Below are positions 45,871 to 60,140 of a stretch of DNA of 64,000 bases, piece after piece. The stretch comes from the human T2T-CHM13v2.0 reference genome, Homo sapiens. The notes under the pieces are model-generated. The model saw only the letters and a list, made by a program, of their open reading frames with translations. It ran no database searches and had not been told where the DNA came from. A program made the position numbers and the translations under genes. The stretch is from assembly GCF_009914755.1 (NCBI RefSeq), contig NC_060933.1; one strand, given 5' to 3'. The stretch's first letter is position 1. Every line of letters starts with the position of its first letter.

Positions 45871-46345
45871 GTATCAGTCAGGTTCCCAGCAGGAAATAGA
45901 TGGCACGCTCCAATTAGGATTATTCCAGGAGAATTTAATAAAGGGACAATTTACAGAGGTGTGGGGAAGCCATAGGGTTAGTGCAGTACCCTGAGCTAAT
46001 AAAAGCACAGCTGTTACCAATCTTAGGGCCAAGAGGGGAAGGGAAGAAGCCATTACTGGAACATAAAATGATAGCATCACTCAGAGACATTTGCGATAAG
46101 AGGAGCTAAGACTTTTAGAAACGGGACACAACTGGCCCAAGGTTATCACCTAGGTAGAGAGCCAAGGGAATGAATACCTTGATCTCACTCTTATCCACCC
46201 CTCTTTAGTCTATCTCCAGGGCTCCCCACTGGCTGAACGCAACCAAAGACGTAGAGCAAAGGAACTCATTGATGAAGTTCTTGTAAGTCAGCTTCCCCTG
46301 TGCAGAGCCAGGTAGAAATGAGTGCAAGGTAAATCTAGATGGGTC
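45871..46345 (-). mobile_element. LTR33-type ERVL solo LTR
   Basis: tgtatcagtcaggttcccagcaggaaatagatggcacgctc...aatttaataaagggacaatttacagaggtgtggg...ccccactggctgaac. Confidence 0.75.
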
Positions 46346-47314
46346 AATGGCATACTCAGCACCAAGACGGAGGGAGAAAAAAAGTAAAGCAGCAAGCTTG
46401 GGGTGGGCATGCGAAATGCTGAAGAAGAGGAGACTGAAACTGACTATTTTACCTGTGTTCCAGAGAACTGACCTTGTTCTTGAACACACACACATGCATA
46501 TGCACACAAACACACTCCTTTCAAAACTGAAGCAACATAATGATGGGACATCTCTGTTCCTTCTAAAGTTGAAGGGAGATGCATTCAGGCACCCCTCATT
46601 CTATAAGACGGTCTCCTCCTTCTTCCTGTGAAGCACACTAGCTCATTGAAATCTAGACACTAACAAGGCCTTAAAGTGTGGACATAGCTCACTGTGAGAT
46701 GCTAGACAGTCTTGTTTTATTTTCCACTTGGAAGTACACCTGAATTACAGCAGGTAGAGCAAAACATTTTTTCCCTCTTCTCATAGGACTGCCTTTCAGG
46801 CCATATAAAGTTTTAGATGGAAATCCATGAGTTCCTGGAGTCTCCTCAACACTCTTTCTCTCTTTTCTATCCCTTTTCCCTTCCCCTAACCAGGGACATT
46901 TTTCGATCAAAGCTTTGGAGCTCTCCTCATTCCTGGTTCTATCCTGGAAATGTATTTTGAAATTTTCATTCTGTTCATCTTCAGTTTTTCCCAGGAGCAA
47001 GATAAGATTCTTATGCCTGAAGCATCTACATGAGGAAACTCTCTTGCTAACAATGTGTATAACTTTGAGGCATTATTATGCTAAAAGAACCTCTTCCACT
47101 TGCCCACATCTCACCTCCACCCCTACTCCAACTGTTAGCCCTTCCCCAAAAAAAGTAAAGAAGAAAAAAGGAAGCTTGTTTTGTCACATTAACTTTGAGG
47201 AGTTCTCTTTTCTGTATGTAATTAGACAGCGAGTTACTTGGTGGGTTGGAATAACTTCATAATATATTTTCATGTTGCTTATATATAACAAAATTATCTT
47301 TTTATCTCTAAACT

Positions 47315-47800
47315 TTTATTTGGTTATTTATAGATGCATAAAACTCTATGCCAATATGTGGTGACTTGGAATAACAATGTATTAACTTTCAAAGTTTTAT
47401 GGGCTGCCTGGATGCTTCTCGCTTGCACTTTCTCATGCAGTCCTTGGAGGCTCTGTTGGACTGGCCATCCAATATGGCACTTTCACATGGCTGGATATAG
47501 ATGCTGGCTGTTGGCTGGGAGATGAGCACCTGCGTGTGTCCTCTCTCTGCAGCTTTATTTTCTCACAGCATGGCAGGTAGTTTCTGAGAGGAAGTGTCTC
47601 AGGTTGAGCCTTCAAAAATACCCAAATGCGAGCTGCCAGCATCTTATAACCTAGTCTCAAAAATGTTGACATAGCACTTTCATCTCAAACCTGTCCCTAC
47701 ATCCGCTAGATTCGAGGACTTACACTCTCCCACCTACTGATGGGGGGAGCAGCAGGCACTTACAACGAGGGGAAGAATCGATGAATTGGAAACCAACACT
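47315..47800 (-). mobile_element. MLT1F/H-type MaLR LTR
   Basis: cacatggctgg...gatgctggctgttggctggga...ttctcacagcatggc...tctgagaggaagtgtc. Confidence 0.7.
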
Positions 47801-48515
47801 AATTTCCCACTCGCCTTTTGTCTTTTCCTACCTTTGTGTTTTCCTCCTGGAATCATAATCATTCATTTGTGCTATCATTATTCAACAGTCTGCTTAATAT
47901 AGTGGAAAGAGCGCTGAATTCTGAGTGAGAACGCCAAGCTGAAGATCTCAACCAGAGACAAAACCAAGCCAGAGCCCCAGCTGGGCTCTGAGGTGCCTAT
48001 GCATCTGTGCCTAGCTTTTGACTCTGGGACAGTTCTGTGCCTTCTAATTCAACTCCAGATGAGTGGAAAAATAAGAAGAATGAATCAACAGTTATTTCAT
48101 TTCCATTTTCGCATCTCCTACCGCCTGCCAGATTAGTGGAAGGGAACTGAGCTGGCAAATTTATCTCAAGAATTCAGGAGTAAATGAAATAGGACCAGAC
48201 AAAAATGACCCCTCCTCAACTAAATGAGCTAAAAGATAAATAGGTGTCTCCTCCATCAGCTGAAGATCAGTTCCCATCTCCTCTCCAAAGGGCACCATTG
48301 GGGGTGTACATACAGATCATTTTACTAATCCCAACTCTGTCATTCACAACCCCTGTGATCTTGGGCTAGTCAACTTCCAATGTTCACACCTGTGAAATGA
48401 GGAGAATAGGTATTTTAGAGGTGTTAGGTGACTAAGATAAATAAGGTGTGCAAAAATGTTGTGATCAATAAAGCCTCAGGTACAGGTAAAGTATTTTCGA
48501 GACAGTTGCCAAAAT

Positions 48516-48697
48516 TAGGGGTCAGCAAACTTTTTCTGTAAAGAGCCAAACAGTAAATATTTATAGTGTTGTTGGCCATATGGTCTCTGCCGCAGCTATT
48601 CAACACCACGACTGTGGTGAGGGCAAAAGCAGTCCTTAAAACGGTGACCATTTGGGCATGATCAGATTTGGCCCAAAGGCTGTTTGCCAATCCTTGG
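48516..48697. mobile_element. MER58A hAT DNA transposon
   Basis: aggggtcagcaaactttttctgtaaagagccaaacagtaaatattt...gatttggccc...tttgccaatccttg; terminal inverted repeats. Confidence 0.85.
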
Positions 48698-50435
48698 TCT
48701 AAGTTATGATTTCATCTGGGAAAAGAATGGAAGAAAAGCCAGGACAAGTAATCTCTTAATAATATCTTTTATTTATACTTAACAATGGCTCAGACATGGA
48801 CAAGGTAAGTTACAAATGTAAAGAAATGGGAAAATGATGTTTGATGCTGACAGTTGACACCAGACTTCCTTCTAGGAAGAGAATATTGTTAAGAGAAAAT
48901 ACCCTGACAAGCACTCAGGTAGAGAAAGCGAGAATGTGGCAACTGGAGCTTAGGAGATCTGTTGTATTTGAGAAAGAAGGAGTAATATTCCATTTATTCC
49001 AGATAGGAATCGAAAAGACAGTGGGAGTCTATATGAGTCTCAATGAGACTCTACACTGTGAACCTCTGAATCCTCCACAGGGTTATTTAACTCATAAAAT
49101 GTTTAAAGTGAGTGTATTTTTTGTTTTGTTTTTTAAGAAACCAGCAAAGAGACTGGGGCCTAATACCTGACTCATTTGGAGCAGACCTTAAGTATTTTGC
49201 CAGGATCTTGGAGTATAGAGACAAAGAGAATCATAAATGCATAAGCCCTAGAAACACCTCAAAATTATAGGAAGGGCCTCTGGCTGTCACAGGCCATGGA
49301 AATGGAGTGCAGAAGCATTTAACCAGATGTCCAGAGGGCAGGGGCCCCAGCTGGAACCTCTGGCAAAAACATAGAGCATATCGTGATGTAAATAACAATG
49401 ATTGTAACTGTCTTATAAAGCACACCGAATACTATCTATCACAATGTTAAAGTTTTTAAAGGGTCACTTACTACCCTATTCCATTGATTATGAAGGTTTT
49501 CCTAAAATAAGAAATGTAAGTTTCTGGCAATTTTACATAGTTTTTATAGAAATTTATCCAACAATTTTTTACCTTTCTAAGATGAAACTGTTTTCTTAAG
49601 TGCTCAGTTCTTTTTGTGAAAAGGTTTCTCATACATCATATTCTGTGTGGTCACGTTTCCCAAAAGTCCATTGCCAATTTTGGTTAAAAAAACAATAGGA
49701 GTTAGCAATTAACACTGGGCACTTGAAGAAAGAATGTTCATAATAATGAAAGCCACCAGATAACCCTTCCACAGAATATTGACACATAAATGCATGTGTT
49801 CACTTCTCTGAGAATGAATGCTGCTGAGAGTGCTATGGTCAGCTGTGTGCTCACGTATACTGGCATATACTTGGCACATCATATTCTTGGCTGCAGGATT
49901 GGAGTGAGCCACTGCTAATGATGGCTGAAGAAAAGATTTCAGAATGTCTTTATTTTATAGGAATGGCACTGTGATAGAGAAAAAAGACTTTTTACTAGGA
50001 AATGGGTAGCCTGAATTTGAGCTTGAACTCTGCTGCTTTTTACTCTATACTCAAGCTTCTAACTAGATTTTTAAGGGTCTCAATTTCATCATCTGCAACA
50101 TGGCGATAATGCCTATTCTTTACATGTCACCTGGTTGTTAATCAGAAGTAAGTGAGAAAGGTAGGCAGAAAAATCTTTGCAAATTGATGAAGATATGGAA
50201 GTTCTTTTAAACTGGTATTTTAGATGATATTGTAATCCATTGTTAGGTATTTTAAATATGTTTTCAGATATCACTTAATAGAATTCAAGCATGAATCGAC
50301 TGAGTCTGTGTGTTATCAATATCTCAATAATATATGTTAAACATAATCTTTGCCTCGAGTTTCTTCTCCTGACATTACTTACTCTCTGCAAACTGACAAT
50401 GAACCAAATGAAAGCAAATGGCAAGTTGTGCATTG

Positions 50436-51240
50436 TGTGTTGGACATTGTTGCTCACCTCCCCAAGGGCCATCCACCCACTTCTGCCTCCCTTGTTAACA
50501 GCACCCAGATTTTATTCATGTATCTGTATCTAGACTCACGTCTTTATTCCCCATTTCAAGGATAACTATTGACTCATCAAAGCCAATCATTAACCTCATT
50601 CTCTTTGCCAGTGACCAACTAAGAGGTGGACATGTAACTCAGAACTATTGAATGCATAATGTTAACAAACATTTACTGAGCACTTACTATAGGACAGGCA
50701 CTTTTCCAAGTGCTTTGCATGTATTAATGCTAATCTTAACAACAACCCTTTCAGGTAGGTTCTATGACTATCTTAGTTATACAGCTGAGGAAATTAAGAG
50801 CCGGAGAGACAAAAATACTTACCCAAGGAAGGAAATTGAGCCAGGATACAAACCTAGGCAGCATAGTTTCAGAGCCCATGTTCATTGCCAGTATTCCATA
50901 CTGATGGGGAAATCTCCTGAGGGTTTCTGGGAAAGGTCTCTTCACTGATAAAAAAGAGTTATACAGGAGATGGCCTGTTTCCTTCTGCTGGATGTCCAAA
51001 GATTACATGTGATGCCTGGAATAATGGCAGCCATCTTGTGACGAGGGGAGCTTAGCTCATACACTGAGGATAACTGAGTAGAAAGATAAAAAACATTGTG
51101 TTGAAAGACTGAACTTGCAAGCTCTGTAGCTTGCCTACTTCATTACTTCTTAGATGAAATAATACATTTTTATCTGTGTTTAAACAATTTTGATTTGGAG
51201 GTTTCTATTACTTACAGTGAATCCCATCCCAGCTGACCTA
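50436..51240 (+). mobile_element. MLT1K-type MaLR LTR split by a MIR
   Basis: aacagcacccagatttt...aagccaatca...tttgccagtgac|...tttctgggaaagg...gtgatgcctgga...ggcagccatcttgtgac. Confidence 0.7.
50660..50903 (-). mobile_element. Near-complete MIR SINE
   Basis: aacatttactgagcacttacta...aacaacccttt...cagctgaggaaatt...tttcagagccc...catactg. Confidence 0.8.
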
Positions 51241-51753
51241 ATACAGGCATGCAAATAGGTATGGTTGTGCTGTAGTCCGCAGAATGATTGCCTTCCTTCT
51301 GAAGTAGCAATGTAGCACCACTAGAAATATGTCAGAGATGCTGAAAAGGAATTTTCACTTTGAGAGAGTAGATTAGACAAAATGATGCAAAATGGTTTCC
51401 AATTCTAAGTTGTCTACTTCAGTGAAATTCTGGTTTTCCCTATGGAGTAGGATAATTAAGATGGAAAGTGTTAAAATACAATTGAACAACTTTTTGGAGA
51501 GAAATGTAAATATTTAGAAGATAAATGAAGAACAAGATAAATTCACAGAACTTTAGGCAAATCCTATGGTTCAGTCAAGGAACAGAGACTAAAAGTAAAT
51601 TGGAGATTAAGAATAAGTCAACTTACTTTGCTTCCTCAGTTCCATCCACAAAAATCAAGCAAACAAAATTCCTAGCCTCTATATCAAATATCTACATAGT
51701 TATTTTTTCCATTTACCTCCTTAGAAGAAAAGCTTTTAACTTTTTCCTGGGAA

Positions 51754-53848
51754 ACATGCCTTTGCTTCTTCTTTGCCTTCCACCACAATCGTGAGGCCTC
51801 CCCAGCCATGTGGAACTGTGAGTCCATTAAACCTCTTTCCATTATAAATTACAAAGTCTTGGGTAGTTCTTTATAGCAGCATGAGAACGGACTAGTTCAG
51901 TAAATTGATACCACAGAGAGTGAGGCACTGCTGTAAAGATACCGGAAAAGGTGGAAGTGACTTTGGAACTGGGTAACAGGCAGAGGTTGGAACAATTTGG
52001 AGGGCTCAGAAGAAGACAGGAAAATGTGGGAAAGTTTGGAACTTCCTAGAGATTTGGAGCACTCAGAAGACAAGAAGATGTGGGAAAGTTTAGAACTTCC
52101 TAGAGACTTATTGAATGGCTTTGACCAAAATGCTGATAGTGATATGGACAATAAGGTTCAGGCTGAGGTGGTCTCAGTTGGAGATGAGGAACTTGTTGGG
52201 AACTAGAATAAAGGTCACTCTTGCTATACAAACAGACTGGCAGCATTTTGCCCCTGCCCTAGAGATCTGTGAAACTTCGAACTTGAGAGAGATGATTTAG
52301 GCTATTTGGTGGAGGAAACTTCTAAGCAGCAAAGCATTCAGGAGGAAGCAGAGCATAAAAGTTTGGAAAACATGCAGCCTGACAATGCAATAGAAAAGAA
52401 AAAACCATTTTCTGGGGAGAAATTCAAGCCTGCTGCAGAAATTTGCATAGGTAACAAGGACCCCAATGTTAATCACCAAGACAATGGGGAAAATGTCTCC
52501 ATGCCAGAGACCTTGTAGGCAGCCCCTCCCATCACAGGCCCAGAGGCCTAGGAGAAAAAATGGGTTCATGGGCTGAGCATAGGGAAGGGCCCCCCTGCTG
52601 TGTGCAGTTTAGGGACTTGGTGCTCTGCTCCCAGCTGCACCAGCCATGGCTAAAAGGGGCCAAGGTACAGCTCAGGCCATGGCTTCAGAGCACGCAAGCC
52701 CCAAGCCTTGGCAGCTTCCACATGGTCTTGAGTCTGCGTGTGCATAGAAGTCAAGAATTGAGGTTTGGGAACCTCCACCTAGATTTCAGAGGATGCATGG
52801 AAACGCCTGGATGTCCAGGCAGAAGTTTGCTACAGAAGTGGGGTCTTCATGGAGAACCTCTGTTAGGGCAGTGCAAAAGGGAAATGTGGAGTCAGAGTCC
52901 CCACACAGAGTTTCCACTGAGGCACTGCCTAATGGAGCTGTGAGAGGAGGGCCACTGTCCTCCAGACCCTAGAATGATAGATCCACTGACAGCTTGCACC
53001 ATGTGCTTGGAAAAGCCACAGACAACACCAGCCCATGAAAGCAGCCAGGAGGGGGGCTGTAACCTGCAAAGCTGTAGGGAAAGACTTACCCAAGGCTGTG
53101 GAACCTACCTCTTGCATCAGCGTGACCTGAATGTGAGACATGGAGTCAAAGGAGATTATTTCAGAACTTTAAGGTTTAGTTACTGCCTTGTTGGATTTTG
53201 GACTTGCATGGGGCCTGCATCTCCTTCATTTTGGCCAATTTCTCTCATTTGGAATGAGTATATTTGCCCCATGCCTATACTCCCATTGTATCTAGGAAGT
53301 AACTAACTTGCTTTTGATTTTATAGGCTTATAGGTGGAAGTGGCTTGCCTTGTCTCAGATGAGACTTTGGACTGTGGACTTTTAGTTAATGCTGAAATGA
53401 GTTAAGATTTTGGGGAACTATTGGGAAGGCAGGATTGGTTTTGAAATGTGAGGACATGAGAATTGGGAGGGGCCAGGGGCAGAATGACATGGTTTGGCTG
53501 TGTTCCCACCCAAAACTTATCTTGAACTGTAGCTCCCATAATTCCCACATGATGTGAAAGGGACCTAGTGGGAGGTAATTAAATCATGGGGGCGGGTCTT
53601 TACTATGCTGTTCTCATGATATTGAACAAGTCTCATGAGATCTGATGGTTTTACAAAGGGGAGTTCCCCTGCACATGCTCTCTTGCCTGCTGCCATGTAA
53701 GACATGCCTTTGCTTCTTCTTTGCCTTCCATCATGATTTTGAGGCCTCCCCAGCCACGGAGAACTGTAAGTCCATTAAACTTCTTTCCTTTATAAATTAC
53801 CCAGTCTTGGTTAAGTCTTTATTAGCAGTGTGAGAACAGACTAATACA
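51754..53848 (+). mobile_element. THE1 (D-like) MaLR provirus: truncated 5' LTR, internal region and complete 3' LTR
   Basis: 5' LTR remnant 51754-51899; internal region from gtaaattgatacc to the polypurine tract ggggccaggggcagaa; 3' LTR 53485-53848 (tgacatggtttggctgtg...gactaataca). Confidence 0.93.
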
Positions 53849-54286
53849 CATAACAACAGGAAGATGTAATATTAGAGAAATATCAAAGCTTCTTCAGATA
53901 GTCCCTAAACTTAATTAAATCCAACCAATCTCGATATATTTTTTGAAACTTGTTGATGACTTAGGGTTCACATGAAATCAAAACAAAATGACAAAGAAAA
54001 AAGCAGAAAAGTTTGAGAGATCAGAGTAATGAGAGGGCCTTTTCATTAAGATGCTAAAGTGTGCTACAAATCTATAGTTATCAGAATAATATGGCACTGA
54101 TGCCATCTTCTAAATGTGAATTATTTTTCTCTTCTTCTTTGCCTACCATAATCCCAACCTGCTGAAATGTATCCTTTTCCATGAGACTTCTTCACAGCCC
54201 CCAGTCTGGAAGTCACTCCCCATAATATGTTTGCTCTTCTTTTTGGCCATTAATTTCATACTCTTGGCTATATAAAAAAAAAATCT

Positions 54287-54612
<326 letters not shown>

Positions 54613-54737
54613 TTAAATTCATTTGGTTTCATCATCTTTACTTGAATATGTTTATACCTACAAGATAACAACAGTTGTTTTCAATATCATCTGTGGCAGA
54701 GGACAGTATGAGATTATGAGATTTAATAACATAATGA

Positions 54738-54901
54738 TGCCAAAGCATCAAAGTTAGGTCTGAGGACCACGAGCAGCAGCAGCACCTGGAAGCTTAGGCA
54801 TGCAGAATTGAGGGCCCCATCCCAGACATACTGAATCAGTAGGTGCATTTTAACATGATCTTCAGATTACTTGTATGCATGTTAAATTTTGAGAAGCACT
54901 G
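54738..54901. mobile_element. MER5A-type hAT DNA transposon
   Basis: cagcagcagcacctgg...atgcagaat...gccccatcccagacatactgaatcag...tgcattttaaca...tttgagaagcactg. Confidence 0.8.
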
Positions 54902-55379
54902 CCCTAAAGAATTACATGGAATGAAAATATTTTGTAAGTCTCCTAAAGCAATCAGACATAGTTGGATATCTTCCTCTGTTATAAGCAAATAGGATTATTC
55001 ACATTTTATGTTTCCTTGATAGGCAAAAATTTAGTGACATTTAAAAAAGTGCACTAAAGAAATCTGGGTTCAGGCGATGGGATAAGTCTAATGAGAAAGG
55101 CAGATGGAGAGGGCATGTACAGGGGATTGTGAAGGCAGCAGTTTATAACTTGGGAATGATTTGATACTTGGTTTACTCCCTCTACAGGGCTTTCTAATTT
55201 ATTTTCCCAACCCCGATCTTTCTACTAAGATATTTTTCTTTTCCATCACCCGCCTAATCTACATTTTAACCTGAGCTGCTCTGATCTCACCTCCAACTCA
55301 TTATCTTCTTGACAAAAACCACTCATTCCTCATGAGGTCCCCATTTCTATCATCCTAAGCCTCAGTCCCCAGATCATCC

Positions 55380-56100
55380 ACTATAATGTAAGGTCTCTAA
55401 TAGCACAGAGTGGCTGTCTGGTTCACTTGCTCTATCTCTGGAGAACAGAATAGCACCGCATATATAGTAGGTGTTAAACAATAGAATGTTCAACACATGA
55501 ATCCAAGCATAACAATTTGGAAAACTTTTATTATCCCAGATACTTCCATTAATTTACAATCAATTCCCACATCTCCTGGTAACAGTGCTTATTTTGCCCT
55601 GAAAGTTCCTTTAAGTTTATTTTTATTGTATTACCACCATCACTATGACCACTTCATGCCTGGACTATCATAGTAAAATCTGAGACATTCTCTCTGCCTC
55701 CTTTCTCTGATTCTCTTCTAATTTATATCCAAGGAACATGTCTGCTATTGCCAAACTCTTTACTCTGGCGTTCAATTCTTCGGAGTCCAAATCCAAGCTT
55801 CCTTCCTGGTCTTGTTTTATGACTTCCCAAAGGGAACCTTTGTTTTTAACTAAGATGATGTACTCATGCTTCTTTACTTTGCACTCCCTGATAGAATCTA
55901 TTTTCTCAAAGTAAAATATTCCTCCCTATCATATTTTCCTATCAAATCCTACCCATTCCTCAAGACTTGGCTCTTCACACATTTTCAGCGAAACATAATA
56001 CTTGACCACTCTAATCTGACATGAGTTACCTTTGTCTCATTCCCAGGGATATCAAGTGATAGCTCCTTGGAGCTCTCATGACAGGCATTATCTGTAATGC
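55380..56100 (+). mobile_element. L2 LINE fragments
   Basis: ctataatgtaaggtctc...tagtaggtgttaaac; tcatgcctggactatca...ctctctgcctcc...tcctacccattcctcaagac. Confidence 0.5.
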
Positions 56101-56316
56101 CCAACACTTACTATGTATATTTCTTTGAACGTATATCCTTCTGCATATGTATTGCACATATGGGTAAATGAAGAGGCCAAGTTAGGCAAACCTGGGATTA
56201 AAGTTTCTCTCTACCATGTAGTAATAATGTAATGTTAGGCAGTGTACTACCCCTCTCTGGGTCTCAGTTTCTTTATATGTAAAAAAGTACCTACCTTATA
56301 GGATTTAGATAATTAA

Positions 56317-56645
<329 letters not shown>

Positions 56646-57790
56646 TAGCAAAGTGTCTGGAATACTCAACAATATTGGTATCTTTTCCCCAGAGCCCCTT
56701 CCTATGGTTGAAACTACTGTTTATCCTTGTATATTTCAGAAGATCAAAATATTTACTTATTCATCGGTGAATTGATAAAGATTAACATTGGATATCAATA
56801 TAGACGATTTTGAGAGCAAAATTTTCTACTCTTTTTGGACAGCCGTAGACACTCTTCTCTTTGCTAACGGTACTGGCAGGGGGAGTATGTAAAAGAGAGA
56901 CAAAAGGTAGACACTGCCTTAGAGTCCTATCTTAATTACTTACTATATCTTTGATAACATGTCTTATAAGAGAGTGTAGTTTTATCATTAAAACTACACT
57001 GAGAAATAGAATATGTTGCAGAACAACTTCACTGTGTAATCTTAGACAAGTGGCTTAGCCTCTCTAAGACTATCTTCCCTATTTAACAATGAGATTACAG
57101 CAGGTGACCCCTAAAGTCCCCCTGGAATGCTACAAGGATATCGTTTCTTTGCTGTGCAATACCAAGATTGCATTATCTCCTTTATCTTTCATCTATGTAG
57201 CAGCCCTAAGAAATATTCTTTCTTTAAGTAATGAATTATTATGAGACTCATTTCAGATTATAAAGTAATAATTCTAATGATTATAAGATATTAGGTGGTA
57301 ATTCAATTATTGTTAAACCCCAGCACTTTCACATTAACTCTGAAAAAAGTATGATGTCTTATAACAGTAAGTGATAACAATACTGAGTTTTACTTTACTT
57401 TGGAAAAAGGCAGATTATTACACAGAGGTGGAGCAACTCACTCAAAATTAACTACTAGCCTCTTGGCTGAAATAAAGATAGCCCACAGGTTTCCTAATTT
57501 CTACTTCTTAATTTTACTAAACACATGTATTTGAAGCATTAGAATTAGAATTATATTTTAATATGGTAATTGTCAAATATGGCAAAGTTCAAATAAGATA
57601 CTATTGCTTTTTATTCAGCAATACAAAAAAAAAAAAGATTTGCTGTTGGGTCTCATGCATGCCCTGACTTGACAGGTGATGTTGTGTTTAAAATGCATGT
57701 ATTTCTAGAAAATCAACATCCATGCTCTAGGTGACACAGATGAAGGGGCATGTCTACACTTGCCTTTTGACACAGATCTGTTGGAGTAAG

Positions 57791-57816
57791 TGTGTGTATG
57801 TGTGTGTGTGTGTGTG
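57791..57816. repeat. (TG)n microsatellite
   Basis: Seen directly. Confidence 0.9.
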
Positions 57817-57825
57817 TAAAACACT

Positions 57826-59140
<1,315 letters not shown>

Positions 59141-59949
59141 TTTGATTTGTTTTTATTCATTTAACTTGTACAATGCTCCCAGCAGGTTTCAGCAAAACCT
59201 GAGATTCTTACTGAGGTAGAGGAGCAGACAAATCAGTTTGACCTTGGACAATGCACCCTTAGCTTTAATGGTAGAAACTGGTGATAGAGACTAGAAACAC
59301 CATCACATTCATAAGACCCTATGAGGATTTAACTGTATCTTAGAACTAACCAGAAAAAAATGTTTAATAGAGAAGAATTCTTTCTCTGTCCTTAGAGATC
59401 CTTGGACCAGAATGCAGAAAGGAGGGCACCGTTCTGTGATTTTCCTCTGCAACTGGGGATCAGATCATTTATTTGCCTGAGGAAACAATAACTTGGCAAA
59501 CTCTCTCTCCTCTCTTTCCACGTCCTAGGCAAGTGATGAAAGAGGAGTGAGGCTCACTTCAGCTCTGTCACAGATGTTGACTCACCACTGGTCTGCCTTC
59601 CCTCTCCCTTGCCACCCTCTTCCTTCTGCCAAAGTTAGCATGCTGGATCAGTAGGATGCAAAGCTGCGCATGACCCTTTTTGGGGCTGGACACTGTCATC
59701 TGGCCAGATAAACTAACAGGCTAGCAAATCCAGCTGGGGCTGGTTGTACTTTGCCCACGTCTGTTGCAGCATATGGTGCGTTCACTTGAAGTGACTGACA
59801 GAGCTATTTAACTTTGCAGTTTGTTTTTCTGATGCCCCTACCCAAATACCACACACACTGTCAGATATTGGTGAACAGTCTTCAGTGTGGTTACAATTCA
59901 TGGCTATCATAAGGAGAATACTTTAAAATTGGATTTGAACTCCATAGTT

Positions 59950-60140
59950 CCCAAGATGGCAGAGCTGGATGGAAACATCTGGAGACATTCCCTTTAATTG
60001 GCCCCATAATTTTATACAGAAAGAAATTGAAGCAGAAAGATTGAGTGACTCCCACAAGGACTCACACAGCCAGTTAGTATCAGGACTAGAGCTAGAACCT
60101 TCGACCCTGACTTCCAACTCTGTGCTTTTTCCAGCTCACG
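59950..60140 (-). mobile_element. MIR SINE
   Basis: ttttatacagaaagaaattgaagcagaaagattgagtgact...cacacagccagttagt...gactagaacc. Confidence 0.7.

Noticed and set aside
48799-48809. Perfect donor AAG|GTAAGT (also CAG|GTGAGT near 6135)
   Set aside because: Isolated donor matches are expected by chance in 64 kb; no strong paired acceptor
51997-53306. ORFs inside the THE1 internal region
   Set aside because: Fragments of the degenerate MaLR internal ORF; not intact
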